Shown here: positions 26,505 through 36,580 of the stretch, in pieces
How the letters are laid out: every line of letters begins with the position of its first letter
Numbering within the stretch: position 1 is the first letter of the stretch
From: Patescibacteria group bacterium
GTDB lineage: Bacteria > Patescibacteriota > Patescibacteriia > UBA9934
Reading direction: 5' to 3'
NCBI GenBank assembly: GCA_041660165.1
Contig: JBAZWW010000002.1
Span: 43,290 to 107,289, forward strand
DNA length: 64,000 nucleotides
The notes under the pieces: generated by a model
What the model saw: the letters and a program-made list of their open reading frames with translations, nothing else
What the model was told of the DNA's origin: nothing
Database searches by the model: none
Program-made: the position numbers and the translations under genes

Positions 26505-27488
26505 CTAGGCTAAGGTTAGGCCCATCTTTTGTTTGACTTCAGCAATTTTTGCGCCGGCGATTGCTCCTGCTCTGGCACTCCCCTCGGCAATGACTTTTTC
26601 AAGTTCGTCGCGGTGCTTGAGGTATCCAGCAATCTCGGCCTGGAGCGGTGTAAGATGAACAATCAGGGCCTCAGCCACGTCATCCTTAAGGTCCTTCATG
26701 CCTTTGTCTACGTACTCGTCTGCAACTGCAAAGACCGAGCGTCCCTCAATGAGCGAGAGGATCGAGAGCAAATTAGCAACCCCGGGACGAGCCTCGTCAT
26801 ACCGCACCGTTGGTTCCGAGTCCGTGACCGCTGACCGAATTTTCTTGCGGATGACATCGGCTTCATCCATGAGCGAGATGTAGTTTTTGGGGGTAGGGGA
26901 GCTTTTGCTCATTTTTTTCTCTGGATTGTCGAGCCCCAGGAGCTTGGCTCCGTGCTCGGCGATCATTGGTTTAGGAATCACGAACGTCTCACCGAAGTCG
27001 CGGTTAAAGCGCTCTGCCAAATCTCGAGCTAGTTCGATGTGTTGCCGTTGATCCTCGCCTACAGGCACGCCAACCGCGTCATAAAGCAAAATATCAGCCG
27101 CTTGTAGAACGGGATAGGTGAAAAGTCCTACACTCACATTCTGTCCCTTGCTTTTTGCTTTGTCTTTGAATTGAATCATTCTTTCAACCTCGCCCATGCG
27201 AGCAACACATTGCATGATCCAGCCAAGCTCCGCATGCGCCGAGATTCTCGACTGTTGGACGATCGTTGCGCGTTTAGGGTCTATGCCCGCAGCCAAATAC
27301 GCCGCCGTGGCAAAGGCGATGTTATTCGACAGCTCGATAGGGTTTTGCGGAACTGTAATAGCGTGCAAATCAACGATCAGCATCGTGAGGTCATGTTCTT
27401 TCTGCAGTTCGACCGCCGGCTTCAGTGCGCCAAAGTAATTGCCGATGTGCAGAATGTTCGTTGGCTGGATGCCAGATAGAATACGCAT
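26505..27488 (-). CDS. trpS: Tryptophanyl-tRNA synthetase
   Basis: SGIQPT..LHIGNY, YPVLQAADIL, VPVGEDQ, KMSKS. Confidence 0.97.
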   Translation of the reverse strand: MRILSGIQPTNILHIGNYFGALKPAVELQKEHDLTMLIVDLHAITVPQNPIELSNNIAFATAAYLAAGIDPKRATIVQQSRISAHAELGWIMQCVARMGEVERMIQFKDKAKSKGQNVSVGLFTYPVLQAADILLYDAVGVPVGEDQRQHIELARDLAERFNRDFGETFVIPKPMIAEHGAKLLGLDNPEKKMSKSSPTPKNYISLMDEADVIRKKIRSAVTDSEPTVRYDEARPGVANLLSILSLIEGRSVFAVADEYVDKGMKDLKDDVAEALIVHLTPLQAEIAGYLKHRDELEKVIAEGSARAGAIAGAKIAEVKQKMGLTLA

Positions 27489-27566
27489 ATGCGACAGATT
27501 GTACACAGAATGACGAATAAACAAAAAGCCCCTTGTGAGGAGCCTTCTGTTCTCTGCCTTGAATTC

Positions 27567-29411
27567 TTAAACCTCGATAATCACAGGAAGCACCATTGGT
27601 CTGCGTTCCGTCTTCAGGAAGAGGAACTTGCCGAGCTCTTCGCGGATGGTTTCTTTGGCTTCTTCAGGGTCAAAGGGGATGGCGTGTTTGCCACGGAGGA
27701 TGCCCTCAATGTGTGCGCGGGTGAAGTCAATGAATTCCTTGTTGTCCTTCATGTGGAGGAACCCTCGGCTGACAATGTCAGGGGACTGCATGAGGTTGCC
27801 AGACTTTTTGTCGTACTGCGCAATGACTACGATCATGCCGTCTTCAGCCAGCGCTTGGCGGTCACGGAGCACCACCTGAGACACGTCGCCAACTCCGAGA
27901 CCGTCTACGAAGACGTAATCGGAATTCACTTTTTCGGGGGTGAGTTTGGCGTAAGAGGCGCCGTCTGAAAGCTTGCCCACTTCCACTACTTGGCCGTTAT
28001 CAGCCACAAACACGTTCTCTTCTTTCCAGCCCATGGAGTAAGCCACCTCGGCATTCTCACGCAGGAGGAAGTGGTTGCCCTCAATCGGCATGTAGTACTT
28101 GGGCTTGAAGAGAGATAGCATGAGCTTGATATCCTCTTTCATGGCGTGTCCGCCAGCATGCACGTCCATGAGGTCCTTGTGAATCACGCGAGCGCGCTTG
28201 CGGTAGAAGGTATCCTTCAAACGCTGGACTGAGGCTTCATTGCCAGGGATAACTGAGCTTGAGAAAATGACCGTGTCTTCCCGGTCTACCTTGATGAAGC
28301 GGTGCTCGTCATTGGCAATCCTCGACAAAGCTGCGCGTTTCTCACCCTGTGCGCCGGTGCAAATGATCGTTACCTTGTTTGGCGGGAGATCATTAGCCTC
28401 TTCGATCGGAATGATCGATTTTGCGCTAACTTGGATGTAGCCAAGCTCCTTGGCGATTTCTACGTTTGTTTTCATCGAGTAGCCATCAAGCGCAATCTTT
28501 CGACCGAGCTTTTCGGAAATTTCCATGAGTTGCTTCACGCGAGAGAGAAGGGAAGCGAAGGTGCCGACAATTACTCGGCCCTTGGCTTTTTCTAAGATGG
28601 CGTAGAGTTCTTCGCCAATGACCTTTTCAGATTTCTGATGTCCGGCACGGTCGGCATTGGTGGAGTCTCCCATGAGAAGCGTCACGCCGGCCTCGCCCAA
28701 ACGCGCCATTTTATGGAAGTCTGCTGGCGGAGCGCCTACCGGGTGGAAGTCGTATTTCCAGTCGCCCGTATGGCAAATGACGCCAGCGGGAGTTTCAATC
28801 ACAATGCCGGCTGAGTCCGGAATGTTGTGGTTAATGTGGAAGAAGTGCACCTTAAAAACGCCGAGCTGAAGTTCAGTATCAATGGCGATTGTTTTTACAT
28901 TGACTGTCGAGGTCGGAAAATCCGTCTGGCGCTTTTTGATGATGCCAGCGGCTACCGGAAGAGCGTAGACCGTAGGATTGCCGATGTTTTGAACCACGTG
29001 CGGAATGGCGCCAATGTGGTCATAGTGTCCGTGCGTAATAATGACTCCGCGGACATTTTTTTCTTTGCCCTTCAGATAGGACATGTTCGGGATGATGTAA
29101 TCAATTCCCGGCATGTCTTCATCAGGGAACTGAAGACCCATGTCTACCAAGATGATGTCATCCTTGTATTCAATGAGCGTACAGTTACGGCCAACTTCTT
29201 CAAGTCCGCCAAGCACGATCACCCGAACGGTGTCTCCCGAAGGGGATGAGAACGTGGTAGCGCGGGGCGCTACGGCCGGGCGGTCAACGGTTAACGGAAG
29301 CGCGGGCACCGCAATTGCGGGGCGGGCAAACGGTCGGCGCGTAGGGCGGGATGCCGTGGCGGACGTATTTGCGGGCGGTTTTGTAAACGAACTGGGTTTA
29401 AAATTTCCCAT
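27567..29411 (-). CDS. rnj: Ribonuclease J
   Basis: LGGLEEVGRN, THGHYDHIG, HNIPD, HTGDWK, TGAQGE, VHAGGH. Confidence 0.95.
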   Translation of the reverse strand: MGNFKPSSFTKPPANTSATASRPTRRPFARPAIAVPALPLTVDRPAVAPRATTFSSPSGDTVRVIVLGGLEEVGRNCTLIEYKDDIILVDMGLQFPDEDMPGIDYIIPNMSYLKGKEKNVRGVIITHGHYDHIGAIPHVVQNIGNPTVYALPVAAGIIKKRQTDFPTSTVNVKTIAIDTELQLGVFKVHFFHINHNIPDSAGIVIETPAGVICHTGDWKYDFHPVGAPPADFHKMARLGEAGVTLLMGDSTNADRAGHQKSEKVIGEELYAILEKAKGRVIVGTFASLLSRVKQLMEISEKLGRKIALDGYSMKTNVEIAKELGYIQVSAKSIIPIEEANDLPPNKVTIICTGAQGEKRAALSRIANDEHRFIKVDREDTVIFSSSVIPGNEASVQRLKDTFYRKRARVIHKDLMDVHAGGHAMKEDIKLMLSLFKPKYYMPIEGNHFLLRENAEVAYSMGWKEENVFVADNGQVVEVGKLSDGASYAKLTPEKVNSDYVFVDGLGVGDVSQVVLRDRQALAEDGMIVVIAQYDKKSGNLMQSPDIVSRGFLHMKDNKEFIDFTRAHIEGILRGKHAIPFDPEEAKETIREELGKFLFLKTERRPMVLPVIIEV

Positions 29412-29527
29412 AATATCTGTCGAAACGGAGAAATAAAAATTAAGAATAATTCACTCCTGACAGTCGGCTCCCTCGAAAGGTTTCGGGAGAATCGACTGCA
29501 AGCAGTCTAGTTCGAACAAACAGTCAC

Positions 29528-29614
29528 TGGTGCGGGCGGAGAGACTCGAACTCTCAAGCCATTGCTGGCACAGGCTTCTGAGACCTGCGCGTATACCAAT
29601 TCCGCCACGCCCGC
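29528..29614 (-). tRNA. tRNA-Leu(CAG), CCA encoded
   Basis: Cloverleaf with long variable arm; anticodon arm caggt-ctCAGaa-gcctg. Confidence 0.95.
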
Positions 29615-29674
29615 ATAGATTGTTCCCCTACCAAGGTATCACACTAGCATTTTAACCGCATTGCGTCAACGAGC

Positions 29675-31378
29675 TTATCTTTTGAAAACAGCCTTTGTTT
29701 TCTTGTACCACAGATTGATATTTGAAAATCGATCAGCCGGCAAATTGATGCGGGAGATATCCACGCCCTTCATCTCCGAGGTTGTCACGTAGACGTACGA
29801 AGGCTGGTAAAGGAAGGCAGCCACATGTCCGTCCGTGAGCAGTTTGCTGAGTGCAAGAAAAGCTTCATTGCGTTTTACTTCATTTGGGTTTGTTCGAATG
29901 ATGTTCATGGCGTCATCCGCTGTGCGGTTTGCAAAACCTGTGACGTTTAGGCCCGGTGAAGTTGCTTGAGAGGAATGCCAGTAAGGATAAGGATCAGGAA
30001 ACGCGCCATAAAGTTCGCTTGCTAAGAGCACATCAAAATTGCGATTTCGCAAAGCGTTTGTTTGGAGTTCATCTGAGCTCATGCCAAGGAGATTGACGCT
30101 CGCGCCCAAGAGTTCCCATTGGCGTTTGAGTTCATTGGCCGCTAGGGTAAGTTCAGCGGTTTCTGTGTAGGAGATGGCGATGGCCAACGGTTTGTCGCCC
30201 TTTATACGGACGGCGTTTCCATCTGTGAGTTTATAACCGCTCGTCTCAAGCGAGGCTACAGCGCCAGCAATGTCCGGGCCGGGGACGGAGCTTGGGGCTC
30301 CAGTCATTCCGGGGAGGAGGAGGCTTGTTATCGGCGCGCCATGTCCTCCGGTTGCGTCAAGAAGTTTTTGGCGGTCAAGGCTCTGATCAAGCGCCTTGCG
30401 GACATTTTGATCGGCCACAGCACCGGTTGACTTCAGATTGAAAAAGGCTGCCGTGTATTCGGGGATTGAGGGCCGAAGCACGGAGAGCGAATGGTCATCA
30501 GCGAGTTTTGATGCCTCCGTGAAAGGGACGGTGACCGCGCCTTCGATATTTTTATTGCGTAGAAGGTTCGGGAGTTCGTCTGTACTGCTGTAGAATTTTA
30601 ATTGGAGGGTATCAAGGTAGGGGACCCCGCGGTAAAAGTTCTTGTTTTTGGTGAGCGTGATGCTCCGGAGAGTTCCAAGATTATCTTTTGTGAGTTTTTC
30701 AAAGCGAAACGGGCCACTGCCAATGGGTTTGAGGTTTAATTCTGCTAGGCCGGCGGCGCTTGCGGGAATATTCGACCAAACCTGGGAGGGGAGGACGCCA
30801 ACGGTGAGGCTTGAAAGAAAAGGCGAGGATGGATTTGCAAGTGCGAAGGTGATGGTGCGAGCGTCCGGCGTATCAATGGTGACACCGTCAAAAGCTCCGG
30901 CAATGGGGCTATGGTATTCAGGGTTTTGGATGGCGCGAATAGTGAAGGCAACGTCTGCGGAAGTCAGTGCATCTCCATTGTGGAATTTTACATTATCTCG
31001 CAGGATGAAGGTGTAGGATTTACCATCCGGCGCCATGGCAAATGACGTGGCAAGGTCAGGCACAAGTCCATCCACTGGATCAAATCGCATGAGGCCTGAG
31101 TACACCAAGTGCGCGATATCATTATCAACATCGCTGGCGGAAGAATAGATAGGGTTAATACGGTACGGAGTTCCTGCAAGGCCTTCTGTGTAGGTTCCGC
31201 CGGATGCGGGTACTACGTCTTGATGTGCCGTGAGGAACCGGTATCCAAGGACAAAGGTTGCCAGGACGGCGATGAAAATCGCGCCCGAGGCCACACGTCT
31301 TTCTGTTTTTGAAAGAAGCCTTGGCAAATGCCAAAGCTGTCCAATGGTGGGAATACGACGATTTTTTTTGACGGACAA
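29675..31378 (-). CDS. Peptide/nickel ABC transporter substrate-binding protein (family 5)
   Basis: GGTYTEG, VYSGL, PDLA, FHNGDALTSADVAFT, PIGSGPF; the frame stays open ~40 codons further upstream, so the start is uncertain. Confidence 0.9.
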   Translation of the reverse strand: MSVKKNRRIPTIGQLWHLPRLLSKTERRVASGAIFIAVLATFVLGYRFLTAHQDVVPASGGTYTEGLAGTPYRINPIYSSASDVDNDIAHLVYSGLMRFDPVDGLVPDLATSFAMAPDGKSYTFILRDNVKFHNGDALTSADVAFTIRAIQNPEYHSPIAGAFDGVTIDTPDARTITFALANPSSPFLSSLTVGVLPSQVWSNIPASAAGLAELNLKPIGSGPFRFEKLTKDNLGTLRSITLTKNKNFYRGVPYLDTLQLKFYSSTDELPNLLRNKNIEGAVTVPFTEASKLADDHSLSVLRPSIPEYTAAFFNLKSTGAVADQNVRKALDQSLDRQKLLDATGGHGAPITSLLLPGMTGAPSSVPGPDIAGAVASLETSGYKLTDGNAVRIKGDKPLAIAISYTETAELTLAANELKRQWELLGASVNLLGMSSDELQTNALRNRNFDVLLASELYGAFPDPYPYWHSSQATSPGLNVTGFANRTADDAMNIIRTNPNEVKRNEAFLALSKLLTDGHVAAFLYQPSYVYVTTSEMKGVDISRINLPADRFSNINLWYKKTKAVFKR

Positions 31379-31497
31379 GACCTCGCGCCTAGCAAGTTCT
31401 GTAGCATCCGGAGATTCTAGTTTACGCGGATGCGACCGAGGTCCGGTACCTCGGTTTTTTGAAAATAAATGTGAAAAGGCAATTTTGGGTATAGAAA

Positions 31498-31713
31498 CTA
31501 GAACGTGAACAAAGTGTTTAGCAAGGCAACGGACAAGAATAAGACGGCCAGCACCACGGTTCCAGCGTGGAGTTTCTTTTCTACGCCCCGGCGGGTGCGG
31601 TACACGTTTCCGTCTCCGCCAAAGGCTAGGCCTGCCCCGCTTCCGCGGGCTTGGAGAAGGATAGCGGTCACCAGGAGGAGTGCTAAGGCAAGTTGGGCGA
31701 TGTTTAGAATCAT
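31498..31713 (-). CDS. secG: Preprotein translocase subunit SecG
   Basis: ILLQARGSGAGLAFGG..RTRRGVEK between two TMs. Confidence 0.9.
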   Translation of the reverse strand: MILNIAQLALALLLVTAILLQARGSGAGLAFGGDGNVYRTRRGVEKKLHAGTVVLAVLFLSVALLNTLFTF

Positions 31714-31779
31714 ATCACGAAGAATGGTAGCAGGCCCGGCTGATTTCGTAAAGCAAACCATGGTATCCTTTGGGGGATT

Positions 31780-32505
31780 ATGATGGAGAGAGACCAATGG
31801 ATAGAGCGTGCCTTTGCTACCGCGGGAGCGGGTTTTTTCCTCTTACTTCTCGGCTTTTTCTCTTTTCGTATCTTCTCGTATTATCGGCAGATTCAGAAGG
31901 GCGAGATTGACCTTTCCGGCCTGAAGTTCTCCGCCACGGTTGTTCATGCATCTGATCTTGTGGACCTGGTGAAGACGGCCCCGGGAACCGGAGAGCTGGC
32001 CAGCAAAGACGACCCATCGCTAGGTAATCCGGACGCCAAAGTAACTGTAGTCGAGTTTGCAGATTTTGGTTGTTCATTTTCACAGCAAGAGAGCTACGTT
32101 GTCCGGGCGCTCGCCAAAGAGTTTCCTGATACGGTACGGTTCATTTACAGAGATTTTCCACTGCCTGATCTTCACCCCGGTGCGGATTTGGCCTCGGCCG
32201 GAGGAAACTGTGCCATGGATCAAGGAAAATTTTGGGAGTTTCACGATGTGCTCTATGCACATCCGGGTGAATTCACGCAGGATAATCTTGCTGGCTACGC
32301 AGAGGATGCTGGTCTTGAGGTGAACACATTCTCCTCTTGTCTTGCTTCCGGCAGATATCAAACGGAAGTAGCGAATGATCAGGTGGATGGCGTGAACGCT
32401 GGCGTGGTTGGTACTCCCACATTCTTTATTAACGGATCAAAAGTAGAAGGCGCAATCCCGTATGCCATCTTTAAAGAAGCTCTCAAGGCATTTACTCAAA
32501 ATTAG
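31780..32505 (+). CDS. DsbA/thioredoxin-fold protein with CxxS site
   Basis: VVEFADFGCSFS, YRDFP, QGKFWEFHD, GTPTFFING. Confidence 0.85.
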   Translation: MMERDQWIERAFATAGAGFFLLLLGFFSFRIFSYYRQIQKGEIDLSGLKFSATVVHASDLVDLVKTAPGTGELASKDDPSLGNPDAKVTVVEFADFGCSFSQQESYVVRALAKEFPDTVRFIYRDFPLPDLHPGADLASAGGNCAMDQGKFWEFHDVLYAHPGEFTQDNLAGYAEDAGLEVNTFSSCLASGRYQTEVANDQVDGVNAGVVGTPTFFINGSKVEGAIPYAIFKEALKAFTQN

Positions 32506-33946
32506 CGCCGTGGCGCTCATAGCAGCGTACGGGTTTGGCGGTGCCAAATCCGTCCAGCCAGTGTATGCGGAAACGGCTCCTGCTTGTGCGTGTTATTGTG
32601 GAACTCCGGATGCGGGTGCGGTTAAATTTTCAGCCGAGCAGGACGCCGGTGCTTGTCAGGCTTTCTGTACCAGCGTCCAGAAAGATTATCTGGGTTGTTT
32701 TCTCCCTGGATCGCAAAATCCTGAAAATGATCTGAAGTGCTGGACGCAGGATGAGTGTGCTCATTACGCTACGGATAAGATGGGCAATATCACAAAGGGA
32801 ACCTGGGGAGGTCAGAATGAAAAATGCGCCAGACCGTTGTCTAATGCTGATGTGGGATACTGTTACGCTCCCGGCCTGCCCGTTCATCTTGGGGTTCCGA
32901 TCCTTGGCACCGTTACTGTTGGTAGTTTTCCGGAATATCTGGCGCTCGTGTACAATTTTCTGTTGCCGGCCATGTCCCTCATTGCTGTCGTCATGCTCAT
33001 GATTGGCGGACTGGAATACGTGGTTTCCGGAGGAAGTTCAAAGCGGGTTGAGAAGGCAAAGACAAGGATCAAGAACGCCGTGGTAGGCCTCTTACTCCTT
33101 TTTTCCGCCTACACGATTGCGAACTTGCTAGACCCGCACCTGGTGAAGTTTGGCCAGTTGCGCGTTCCCCTGGTGAAGCAAGCGGTTCTTCTTGATCCGG
33201 CTTCTTCTTGCGAAAGTCTCCAGAATTATGGTTTTGAGGTTTCTCCCGGGGCCGGCGCTTGTGGAGAAAAGGGGGTGGTGACGAGCATTGATAACGTACA
33301 GGACGTAGCGAAGAATTCAAATGTAAAAGTGGGGAGCGAGTGTCCCTTTTTCGGATGCGATCTTGGGAGGACGTGCCTGTCCGGGGCCGATGGCAAGGGA
33401 ACGTGCGTAGCCTGTGCCGATGTGAATGCCGTGAGCGCAAGTTCCGGACTTTCCACACTTTCTCTTACGGAGGGGTTCGTGGGTCTTGCCCCAAGCGAAT
33501 ACGCCTGTTCTCAGATCCAACAAGCGACAGATAGCGCAGATCCAGATCCGAAGCATCAATATTTCTGTTCGTACGATGCCAACTATATTCATGCGTGTGA
33601 GAGCGCCGGAGCTTCTGAAGCAACGCCTTACATTGATTGTCCCGCAGATTCTACAGATGCTGGGAGTACGGATGATCCCTGTTCATTTTATGACACCGTC
33701 AATATCCTCCATCATCAGTTCGGGGAAGTATTTTATTCTAAGTCATTGGGTTCGGTCACGGGCGCTGACCTTTCTTTTGCCGCAAAGATTTGCGAGAAGG
33801 ATCCCTGCGGAGTGGCGCGGGCAAGGAACAAGACGTGTAGTTTATACGTGATCACGAACACCATATCAACGCTCGCAAATATTTTTACCGCGAACGAGGT
33901 GAATTTGACGAGTTTGCTTGACGCCCAGTGTCTCACTACGCATTAA
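32462..33946 (+). CDS. Cys-rich pilin-like surface protein (CPR TrbC/VirB2-like pilin domain)
   Basis: Signal peptide; IAVVMLMIGGLEYVVSGGS..AKTRIKNAVVGLLL..DP; many Cys on both sides. Confidence 0.8.
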   Translation: MPSLKKLSRHLLKISAVALIAAYGFGGAKSVQPVYAETAPACACYCGTPDAGAVKFSAEQDAGACQAFCTSVQKDYLGCFLPGSQNPENDLKCWTQDECAHYATDKMGNITKGTWGGQNEKCARPLSNADVGYCYAPGLPVHLGVPILGTVTVGSFPEYLALVYNFLLPAMSLIAVVMLMIGGLEYVVSGGSSKRVEKAKTRIKNAVVGLLLLFSAYTIANLLDPHLVKFGQLRVPLVKQAVLLDPASSCESLQNYGFEVSPGAGACGEKGVVTSIDNVQDVAKNSNVKVGSECPFFGCDLGRTCLSGADGKGTCVACADVNAVSASSGLSTLSLTEGFVGLAPSEYACSQIQQATDSADPDPKHQYFCSYDANYIHACESAGASEATPYIDCPADSTDAGSTDDPCSFYDTVNILHHQFGEVFYSKSLGSVTGADLSFAAKICEKDPCGVARARNKTCSLYVITNTISTLANIFTANEVNLTSLLDAQCLTTH

Positions 33947-33949
33947 AGC

Positions 33950-33979
33950 AAAAACTTCCGCGTTAGGCGGAAGTTTTTG
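33950..33979. terminator. Bidirectional terminator
   Basis: aaaaacttccgc / gcggaagttttt between convergent genes. Confidence 0.75.
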
Positions 33980-34298
33980 TGGGGACCATTTCTGTCATCT
34001 TGCGGGTGAAGCCTTTGGCAAAGGAGAGCTTAGCTCTGCGTACTCTGTACACCTTGACCGGTTCAATCTTCACAATGTTCGGGCTTGAGACCGGGAAAAT
34101 CTTTTCTACTCCAAAGCCGTTCGTTTCCTTGCGGATGGTAAAGGTCTTGGCCGTTCCGGCGCCTCTGATCACAAGAACCAGGCCTTCAAAAATCTGAACG
34201 CGCTCGCGGGTTTCCCCTTTGGCGTTCACATCTTGGATCTTTTCGTGGACGCGGAGGACGGCTCCGGGCACGATGGTTTTCATTTCGGCGTCTGTCAT
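33963..34298 (-). CDS. rplS: 50S ribosomal protein L19
   Basis: ERVQIFEGLV, TFTIRK, GVEKIFP..SP, VRRAKL. Confidence 0.95.
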   Translation of the reverse strand: MTDAEMKTIVPGAVLRVHEKIQDVNAKGETRERVQIFEGLVLVIRGAGTAKTFTIRKETNGFGVEKIFPVSSPNIVKIEPVKVYRVRRAKLSFAKGFTRKMTEMVPTKTSA

Positions 34299-34332
34299 AC
34301 GGGCGGAAGTGTAGCGGAATGAGAAAGATACG

Positions 34333-34863
34333 TCAAGATTTTTCCACGACGCTAATGGGGGTTTCCCGGCTGGTATCAATGACCAAATCGTAATGGCTTG
34401 GGTCCTGGAAATCCACCCCGTACCACTTCTCATAGCGGGAAATGTTGCTCTCTAGGCGTTTTTCAATGACATTCTCTGCATCTTTTACTGATGAATAGAG
34501 AGGTTCGTCGGCTCTATTCGGGTTGTTTTTTCTGTCTTCAAAGACCCTTTCGGCGCCAATGGCGGGATCTACGGAGAGGAAGATTTTGACGCTCTGGGGG
34601 ATGAAATGCCAGGACAGCCAGCCATCAATAACAAAGTTATCCTCAGTTTGTCCCAGTTTCTCCTGGAAGGCATCTACGTCTTTGTCAGTAAACGCTTCGG
34701 TTTCTCCAAGTTTGTTGAATTCGTCTATAGTCATCCCGCGCGCCTCAGCCATTTTTCCGCGCATATCGCCAACGGAATATTTTTTCATCCCTAGGCGTTC
34801 CGCCAAAAGATGTTTGACCGTTGATTTTCCTGCACCAGCCAGGCCAGAGAGCGTGATGATCAT
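34333..34863 (-). CDS. cmk: Cytidylate kinase (archaeal-type)
   Basis: ITLSGLAGAGKST, RYEKWYGVD, YDLVIDTS. Confidence 0.8.
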   Translation of the reverse strand: MIITLSGLAGAGKSTVKHLLAERLGMKKYSVGDMRGKMAEARGMTIDEFNKLGETEAFTDKDVDAFQEKLGQTEDNFVIDGWLSWHFIPQSVKIFLSVDPAIGAERVFEDRKNNPNRADEPLYSSVKDAENVIEKRLESNISRYEKWYGVDFQDPSHYDLVIDTSRETPISVVEKS

Positions 34864-34873
34864 ATTTATATCG

Positions 34874-34900
34874 AGGCGGGGTTTAAACCCCGCTTTTGCG
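34874..34900 (-). repeat. REP-like palindrome (family B); supplies the stop codon of the RluA gene
   Basis: Reverse complement cgcaaaagcggggtttaaaccccgcct, near-identical to 9421-9447. Confidence 0.7.
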
Positions 34901-35797
34901 TTTGAGAGATGCGAGCGCTTCCGTGAGTTCTTTGGGGAGAGGGGCCTTCACGGTTTTTGTTTCGCCGTTTGGCAACTCGACAGTGAGCGATCGAGCATGC
35001 AGGAAAAGACGATCAAGCTTGATCGGTTTTATGTCTTTTCTGACGTAGAGAGTATCACCGGCCACGGGATGCCCGATGGCAAAGAAGTGCGCGCGAATTT
35101 GGTGCGTGCGTCCCGTTTCGATTTTTACGTCAAGCAAAGTTCCAACCGTATATCGGCCGATAACCTCGTAATGGGTAATTGCCGATTTGCCTTCTTGGGA
35201 CAGCGGTCTGGCGGCCATGCGAGCGCGAGTAGTTGAGCGAGCGATAGGGAAGTCGATCGTCCCCTGATTCTCTCGTACTGCTCCCATGACAAACACGGTG
35301 TAGTGCTTTTCCGTCAGTCGGCGAGCGAACTGTTGCTTGAGCCACTTGAAAGCTTTATCTGTTTTTGCAGCTACAAGCACTCCGGATGCGTCTTTGTCCA
35401 GGCGGTGCACGATTCCGGACCGGCCCTCAACCGCTCCCGCCTTTTTCATTTTGGGCGAGTGTTTGAGCAGGGAGTCAAGGAGAGCAAGCCCTTCCTGACC
35501 GGTTGCTCGATGCACCAGAACTCCAGACGGCTTATTTACGAAGATGACATCATCATCTTCAAAAAGAATGTCCAGTTTTGGCAAATCTGTCTTGCTGATC
35601 TTCTTTTTTGCCTCTTTGATTACTTCAACATGATCCTCTGGCGTGACCTCAAGATGGGCGGAAACCTTCTTTCCCTTCACGGTTATTAGGCCTTCTTTGA
35701 TGAATTTCTGGACTTGTGAACGGCTAATGCCAAGCGTGGACGCAAGAGCGATATCAAGCCTGGTTGGCGAATCAATTGTGAGAACGGTAGGTTTCAT
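34883..35797 (-). CDS. RluA/RluD-family pseudouridine synthase
   Basis: S4 domain, NKPSG, HRLDKDASG, TGRTHQIR, LFLHA. Confidence 0.93.
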   Translation of the reverse strand: MKPTVLTIDSPTRLDIALASTLGISRSQVQKFIKEGLITVKGKKVSAHLEVTPEDHVEVIKEAKKKISKTDLPKLDILFEDDDVIFVNKPSGVLVHRATGQEGLALLDSLLKHSPKMKKAGAVEGRSGIVHRLDKDASGVLVAAKTDKAFKWLKQQFARRLTEKHYTVFVMGAVRENQGTIDFPIARSTTRARMAARPLSQEGKSAITHYEVIGRYTVGTLLDVKIETGRTHQIRAHFFAIGHPVAGDTLYVRKDIKPIKLDRLFLHARSLTVELPNGETKTVKAPLPKELTEALASLKRKSGV

Positions 35798-35884
35798 TGG
35801 AAAATCCTACCACGCTTGATCTAAATGGTAAAATAGAGTAATCTTAGCCCTGTCTGTGAATCGAAATTTAGACGGTTTTTGCCT

Positions 35885-35961
35885 GGATCCGTAGCTCAGT
35901 TGGTTAGAGCGCCGAGCTTATACCTCGGTGGTCCCTGGTTCGAGCCCAGGCGGATCCACCA
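35885..35961 (+). tRNA. tRNA-Ile(UAU), CCA encoded
   Basis: Acceptor ggatccg/cggatcc; anticodon arm ccgag-ctTATac-ctcgg; A73. Confidence 0.92.
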
Positions 35962-35968
35962 GAACATT

Positions 35969-36127
35969 ATGATTTTCATCCCCTTCCTCACCTTATTTCT
36001 TGCCGTATTTTTTGCTATCCTTGGTTCACGGCAGGAAAACCAGCTGTTTAAGACTTTTGCGGTTGTCCTGGCAATATCCGCCATTGGCGCGTCCATTGTG
36101 GTCTATCTGGCGTATTCCGCCCTCTAA
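35969..36127 (+). CDS. Small two-TM membrane protein (52 aa)
   Basis: ATG right after the tRNA; two hydrophobic helices. Confidence 0.6.
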   Translation: MIFIPFLTLFLAVFFAILGSRQENQLFKTFAVVLAISAIGASIVVYLAYSAL

Positions 36128-36132
36128 GAGCT

Positions 36133-36540
36133 ATGCCCCACGAACCTCTCGGATTTTTGCTCGTCCTGGCGCTTCTGTGGTTTGTGTCCTTCTGGATCCT
36201 TGGCGGGGTCATCTTTGCGATTATTGGTTTAGTCCGCTTTTTACGCCTGAACAAAAACCGGTTTAGCTGTCTCTTCACTATCCTTTCAGCTCTCACCGGC
36301 TTTGGCGCTGCTTGGATGGGCCTTCTGGCTGCCCGGGCAAACGATGCTGAGGGCTGTCTTGATAACTCTACTACCTTCACTGGCATCACCCAGTTTTTCC
36401 CAAACCTTTTTTCCTGTTCTTCTCAGGAAGTGCTGTATTCAGCCGGCCTCTGGTTCCTCTTCCTCATGGCCGCCGGCATTGTCCTCCTCTTTTTCTCCCG
36501 CGCCCCAGAGCGCCCAAGGGATATGCATGGGAATGATTGA
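36133..36540 (+). CDS. Hypothetical membrane protein
   Basis: Three hydrophobic segments, Cys pair in loop. Confidence 0.7.
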   Translation: MPHEPLGFLLVLALLWFVSFWILGGVIFAIIGLVRFLRLNKNRFSCLFTILSALTGFGAAWMGLLAARANDAEGCLDNSTTFTGITQFFPNLFSCSSQEVLYSAGLWFLFLMAAGIVLLFFSRAPERPRDMHGND

Positions 36541-36580
36541 CAGTGGTTATGTTCGATCGTACACTCCGTTAGCAAAATTG

